Sequence record: MT129654.1
Strand: one strand, 5' to 3'
From: Escherichia phage MN04
DNA length: 64,000 nt
The position numbers were made by a program, and so were the translations under genes. Positions 59,682 to 64,000 of this stretch are shown here, piece after piece. Position 1 is the first letter of the stretch. Every line of letters begins with the position of its first letter. Under the pieces are notes generated by a model. That model was not told the DNA's origin and searched no databases. It saw only the letters and a list, made by a program, of their open reading frames with translations.

Positions 59682-61805
59682 ATGGAAAATTTAAACGAAG
59701 TTTTTGATAGTGATTCCGCTAAAAACTATCCAGTAACAAATCTTAAGCCGGGCTCCGGTATCCCACAGATTTTCTCTATCCAAGCACCAGGTAACGATAA
59801 CCTGGTTGCTCGTATGGTATCTTATGCGTCTCAAGGAGACGCTATTAAAATGGTTAAGCCAGGCGACAAATATGTCCATGTTATTTTAATGAGTTTGTCG
59901 AGCAAGGGTGCTCCAGCCGAACTCAAAGGTGGTCTTGGTTCCGACCCACTTGGTGCATTGAATACTATTTTTGATACGATATACGAACAAGTAAATAAAC
60001 TTAAAATGGATGCGGTTTTGTTCCGTTTCCCTACCAAGAAAATGAAAGGTAAGGGCCCTACTGTTCAGCGTGTATTAGCTCGTTTGGCGATGGCACGTAC
60101 CGGTGGTAAGTTTAAAGTTGTCGATGATATGTTCCAGTTTAGTGGTAAACATACATACGTTCTTTTAGCACGTCGTGGCACTAATATCGAAGATATCAAG
60201 GGTATGCCTGAAATTGATGCGGACCTTTATACCAAGGTTGAGTCTAAAGTCGGTGAAGTTTATGTTTCTAAGAAAACCGGCCAGGCCGTAAGTAAGGTCG
60301 AAGCCGTAGCGGCATCTATTGCACAGGTTGAAGAGAAACGTACCGATAAGGCTGTTATCTCTCGTACTAAAATTTCCCGTCGTATGGCTGCAGCAGCGCA
60401 GTATTCTACTGCCGAACCTGAAACTTTATCACCTAAAGAATTGCAGGTTTATAACGAGTTTGAAGCTTCTGTCCCTGTTCACTCGGCCGAAGGCCCTGAG
60501 AACGAAGGTATTGAGCAGATTAGTCAGAACTTTAAAAAAGGTGCTATTACTAAAATGCGTCAGGCCTCTCAGTTTAAATCTAAGAGTGAGGACCTTGCCA
60601 ACTTTAGATACACCATTGCTCTCACGCACGCTTTAATGACTGATAGTAAATTTAAACTAAATTATGCTAATAGAGATAAACAAGGGTTTGAAATTTACTC
60701 TAATAATATGGCATTTTTTAATACGGAAGTCGATAGACTTTTAAGTGGCCTTTCTCAAATCAATACTACCAATAGTCTGGATATTATTAAGAGAATTGTT
60801 AATAACCTGAGTGCCCGTTTTCAGGGGTCTCCTTCAGAGAAAGCATCCCGAATTGCTTTCGCTATGGAAGCCGTTTATAAACTGATTAACGATTCTATTA
60901 GCGATGCATATGCTTATTCAGGCGAGCTCATTAAACCTAAGGGCTTGACCAAAGACGAAAGTAATGCCATTATTGAATATTGTGCGGCTGAATATGCTCC
61001 TATGAACTTATTCCTTTTAGGTAAACCTGAATCCGAAAACAATACAACAGCTATTAAATTGATTAAGGATTTAGACTCAGCATTTACCAAGGGTATTAAA
61101 CTTCCTAAGGGTACTATTTTGTATCGTGGTCAGGATTTACCATACAAAATTCTGCGCCATAATATTGATAACAAAACATTTTACTTTAAGAACTTTGTGT
61201 CCGCTTCATTAAAGCCTAATATCTTTGGCGAATTTGGTAAAAATTATATGGCCCTCGACAACCAAGCAGTTTTTGTTGGCGATGAAGGTTCTTTATCCTC
61301 CGCTGATGAGTTGTTTAAATTAGCCAGTGGTAGTTCATCTGATGTAGGCGAAGTTGATGATGAAGAGGTAGAATGGGAAGAAGACGAGTTCGGTAATCCA
61401 ATTGCACCTGAAGGCCCTGCAGACAGGATTGCTGAAATCGGTATGGTTATTCGAGGTGCTGAAGCAGTTAAAGTTATCGCTCCTGGTGACCTTACAGAAT
61501 ATTCCGAAGAAGCAGAAATTATCCTTCCGCGAGGATTATTGTTGAAGGTTGATAAAGTAGCGGCTTTTGCTATGAATGATAGAGTATCTCACAAATACCT
61601 TATGGAAGCTACAGTGACATCTCCTTCAGAACTCAGTGGGTCCGTTTACGATGGTGACCATCTGATGGAAACCGGTGAAGTTAAATTGATGAATGGGTTT
61701 AAAGAATTCCTAGTTTCAGAATCTGTTTCAGAAAGTAATGAGGCTATGGAAATCCTTGCTGCATCTTTGGACATCTCTTCTTTACCAAATAAATTCAAAA
61801 TGTAG
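59682..61805 (+). CDS. Alt-type ADP-ribosyltransferase, copy 2 (tandem paralog)
   Basis: 707 aa; N-terminal ~230 aa near-collinear with copy 1; C-terminal ILYRGQ ... FVSASL ... EAEIILPRG. Confidence 0.75.
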   Translation: MENLNEVFDSDSAKNYPVTNLKPGSGIPQIFSIQAPGNDNLVARMVSYASQGDAIKMVKPGDKYVHVILMSLSSKGAPAELKGGLGSDPLGALNTIFDTIYEQVNKLKMDAVLFRFPTKKMKGKGPTVQRVLARLAMARTGGKFKVVDDMFQFSGKHTYVLLARRGTNIEDIKGMPEIDADLYTKVESKVGEVYVSKKTGQAVSKVEAVAASIAQVEEKRTDKAVISRTKISRRMAAAAQYSTAEPETLSPKELQVYNEFEASVPVHSAEGPENEGIEQISQNFKKGAITKMRQASQFKSKSEDLANFRYTIALTHALMTDSKFKLNYANRDKQGFEIYSNNMAFFNTEVDRLLSGLSQINTTNSLDIIKRIVNNLSARFQGSPSEKASRIAFAMEAVYKLINDSISDAYAYSGELIKPKGLTKDESNAIIEYCAAEYAPMNLFLLGKPESENNTTAIKLIKDLDSAFTKGIKLPKGTILYRGQDLPYKILRHNIDNKTFYFKNFVSASLKPNIFGEFGKNYMALDNQAVFVGDEGSLSSADELFKLASGSSSDVGEVDDEEVEWEEDEFGNPIAPEGPADRIAEIGMVIRGAEAVKVIAPGDLTEYSEEAEIILPRGLLLKVDKVAAFAMNDRVSHKYLMEATVTSPSELSGSVYDGDHLMETGEVKLMNGFKEFLVSESVSESNEAMEILAASLDISSLPNKFKM

Positions 61806-61834
61806 TTTACAACACCACAAGGATGTGGTACTAT
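61805..61834 (+). promoter_or_regulatory. T4-type early promoter
   Basis: GTTTAC 61805-61810, TACTAT 61829-61834, hairpin ccacaaggatgtgg in spacer. Confidence 0.55.
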
Positions 61835-61862
61835 TACCTTACACAAACATGAGGAGAACATT

Positions 61863-62153
61863 ATGAAATCTACATTCCGCTTTAACGGTCAAGAACTGGT
61901 AGTTGAAAACGTTATCCCTGCTTCTGAAGAGTTCGACAGTGCAGTCGGTAATGAATTACGTCGAGTTTTCGGCGAAGACAAACAGTTCGACTTACGCCCG
62001 GTTGAAAATTTTTCACAACCTGAACAAACTGAAAATATCTTTAATGGTGTAGTAACCGGTCAGCTTGAATCTGAAGCTCCTATTTCTATTACGGTCTTTG
62101 TTAAAAAGCAGCCATTAATGACCGCAGCAGGTTTTATCTCGTTCCGTAAATAA
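61863..62153 (+). CDS. Hypothetical protein
   Basis: 96-aa ORF with SD gaggag, followed by terminator. Confidence 0.45.
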   Translation: MKSTFRFNGQELVVENVIPASEEFDSAVGNELRRVFGEDKQFDLRPVENFSQPEQTENIFNGVVTGQLESEAPISITVFVKKQPLMTAAGFISFRK

Positions 62154-62162
62154 ACCCCTAAA

Positions 62163-62187
62163 GGAGAGCGTAAGCTCTCCTTTTTTG
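62163..62187 (+). terminator. Rho-independent terminator
   Basis: ggagagcgtaagctctcc hairpin followed by tttttt. Confidence 0.75.
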
Positions 62188-63141
62188 TTATAACAACCTG
62201 GATATTCCATTATTAATAGCACGCCCACCAAATGTATTAACCAATCCGGTCAATCCACTAGAAGCTCCTGAAAGTCGGCTTAATTTAGCTACAGAAGCAC
62301 TTAATGAGTTACTCTCACTTATACCTGCTACGCCTTTAAGGACTTTATCTTCCAGCCATTCATAAGCAGCTTGTTTACCAACTGCACCTGTCTGCACACT
62401 TCTATAAGCAAATGTAACATCAAACGAAGCAATTTGGTTATCACCATCATAGGATAATTCCGGCGATGAAACACTAACAGGAACACATCCATTAAGCATT
62501 ACCACCGTATGTGGCAATCCATTACGAGAATGAAGGTTGACTTGGATGTCAGCTTCAACATCTTCAGGCAATGCTCTTAATTGTGTAATAGGGTCTTGGA
62601 CACTATTGACCCAATCATTAAAAGCACGGTAGTTGGCAGCTTCAGAATCCATACGGAAGCTTAATACCAATGGGGAATATTCTCTTCCGGTAATTTTGAT
62701 ATTAGGCGAGTTGTGGTTCAAATCCATTTCATAGTTCAAAGTATTATCCGGAATTTTAACGGCATGGACTAAAAGACCTGCCGTAGGATAAGCCATATTG
62801 AAAAAATCCATAAGATAAGTCCCGACTTCAAACTCACCTAGTAAGCTCTGCACAACCCTGGATGACATAGCTCCAATCAGATATTTACTTATGCCGGACT
62901 TACGAATCAACTTCTGAGTGCCCGCTGTCACTAATGTCGTAACACCTTGGGTTAAATCTCCTTGGGTAATTCCAAACAAATCGGTATTCAACGGGATATT
63001 GTTAAATAAAGCTCCACCGAACTGGTCGAGGAGCGCTTGGGATTTAGAAGAAGGAACTGTAGCAAATACTACACTAAACAGGTTATTCCTTTGTAGGTCA
63101 ATATTAATTGCCTGGTTTTGAAATTCTTGTAAAGTATACAT
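62188..63141 (-). CDS. 54: Baseplate tail-tube initiator gp54
   Basis: 317 aa (T4 gp54 320 aa), minus strand, immediately downstream of gp48 with ATGA overlap. Confidence 0.75.
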   Translation of the reverse strand: MYTLQEFQNQAINIDLQRNNLFSVVFATVPSSKSQALLDQFGGALFNNIPLNTDLFGITQGDLTQGVTTLVTAGTQKLIRKSGISKYLIGAMSSRVVQSLLGEFEVGTYLMDFFNMAYPTAGLLVHAVKIPDNTLNYEMDLNHNSPNIKITGREYSPLVLSFRMDSEAANYRAFNDWVNSVQDPITQLRALPEDVEADIQVNLHSRNGLPHTVVMLNGCVPVSVSSPELSYDGDNQIASFDVTFAYRSVQTGAVGKQAAYEWLEDKVLKGVAGISESNSLSASVAKLSRLSGASSGLTGLVNTFGGRAINNGISRLL

Positions 63142-64000
63142 TAGAATCCTTCCGTATAAAGTGAGCCGCGGTTCAAAGTAATGATTTCACGGAAAGTAAC
63201 TTCTAAACTAAACGTGGATGGTAAGTTAGGAGCAATAGCCAAACCATTAAAATGTCCGTCGGGAGTTTTATCAAATCGTATACTTTGGATTTGGCACGGT
63301 CCGAAAATATCTTCACGTCCGTCATATGAACTTGTATTACCAAAGTTTCGAATATACCAAATAGTTGGGTTACTTACCACAATAACATTAGAAAGGAAAC
63401 TTGTGATACCTTCTCCTAATAGCTTGCCGTCAAAGTTATCAATAGCTTCTTTTTTAAACGTAGAACGGTACCATGTATCAATCTTCTCTTTTAATTCGCC
63501 GGCAAAGGCAGAGTTGCCTGTTTCACCATAAGAATAGTAATTAAAGATTTCGTATATTTTAATAATCTGAATAAGGTCTTGGGCGTTTCTAGGGGTCATT
63601 TCCCAAGTGAATACCTTAGTACGGTTATCCGGTCCTGCATACATACTACGTGCGGTAGTGTATATTTGCTCACCGGAATCGGCCATTACACCGTTAGTTA
63701 CAGATTCCAATGCGCCAAATACAGCAGTACTGGCAACGTTACTCAAAATACCTGTAGCAGTACCACCACCTTTAGTAATTAATGATTCGCCTACATCATT
63801 AAATTTATGCGTAACCGAATCAACATCAGATTTGGAACGAGGGAGCAAAATATTGGCTAAAGCCTGGCTATCAAATTTAACTCCTTTAGAGTTGTTACTA
63901 AACAAGTTTTTAACAGCACTGAACCCTCCAGTATTACCGGTAAGTTTACCTGCAGCTTTTGAAAACTTTTTGGTCATTTGGCTCGAGCGGTCGTTACGTA
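63141..64000 (-). CDS. 48: Baseplate tail-tube junction protein gp48 (5' end probably beyond the window)
   Basis: at least 278 aa; reading frame stays open upstream of the first ATG to the window edge; T4 gp48 is 364 aa. Confidence 0.65.
   Translation of the reverse strand, partial: RNDRSSQMTKKFSKAAGKLTGNTGGFSAVKNLFSNNSKGVKFDSQALANILLPRSKSDVDSVTHKFNDVGESLITKGGGTATGILSNVASTAVFGALESVTNGVMADSGEQIYTTARSMYAGPDNRTKVFTWEMTPRNAQDLIQIIKIYEIFNYYSYGETGNSAFAGELKEKIDTWYRSTFKKEAIDNFDGKLLGEGITSFLSNVIVVSNPTIWYIRNFGNTSSYDGREDIFGPCQIQSIRFDKTPDGHFNGLAIAPNLPSTFSLEVTFREIITLNRGSLYTEGF

Overview
This window is a 64-kb segment of a T-even (T4-like, Tequatrovirus-type) myovirus genome, lying in reverse orientation relative to the usual T4 map. 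Calls rest on motif reading, remembered T4 protein sequences and gene order; no database search was run. The plus strand carries the early/middle block: ModA/ModB-type ADP-ribosyltransferases, srd-like, dda, dexA, a single fused gene-39 topoisomerase, rIIA, rIIB, ndd, stp, ac-like, gene 52, motA, asiA. A minus-strand late block follows (holin t, T2-type gp38 adhesin, long-tail-fibre gp37/36/35/34). The plus strand then resumes with rnh, dsbA, 33, 59, 32, frd, intron-less td, nrdA, intron-less nrdB, denA, rnlA(63), pseT, cd, 31, rIII, a run of small 30.x-like ORFs, DNA ligase (30) and two tandem alt paralogs. The window ends in minus-strand baseplate genes 54 and 48 (partial). About 20 sigma70-type early promoters (GTTTAC, 17-18 nt, TATAAT/TACTAT), one MotA-box middle promoter, three TATAAATA late promoters and several hairpin terminators are visible. 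No tRNA, CRISPR, transposon or homing-endonuclease gene was found. I did not find a clearly novel multi-gene system. The most interesting candidates are the duplicated Alt toxin-like ADP-ribosyltransferases, a NADAR/YbiA-like ORF in the 30.x cluster, an ORF-free GC-rich island after rIII, promoter-embedded hairpins that would sequester ribosome-binding sites, and duplicated promoter cassettes flanking small ORFs.
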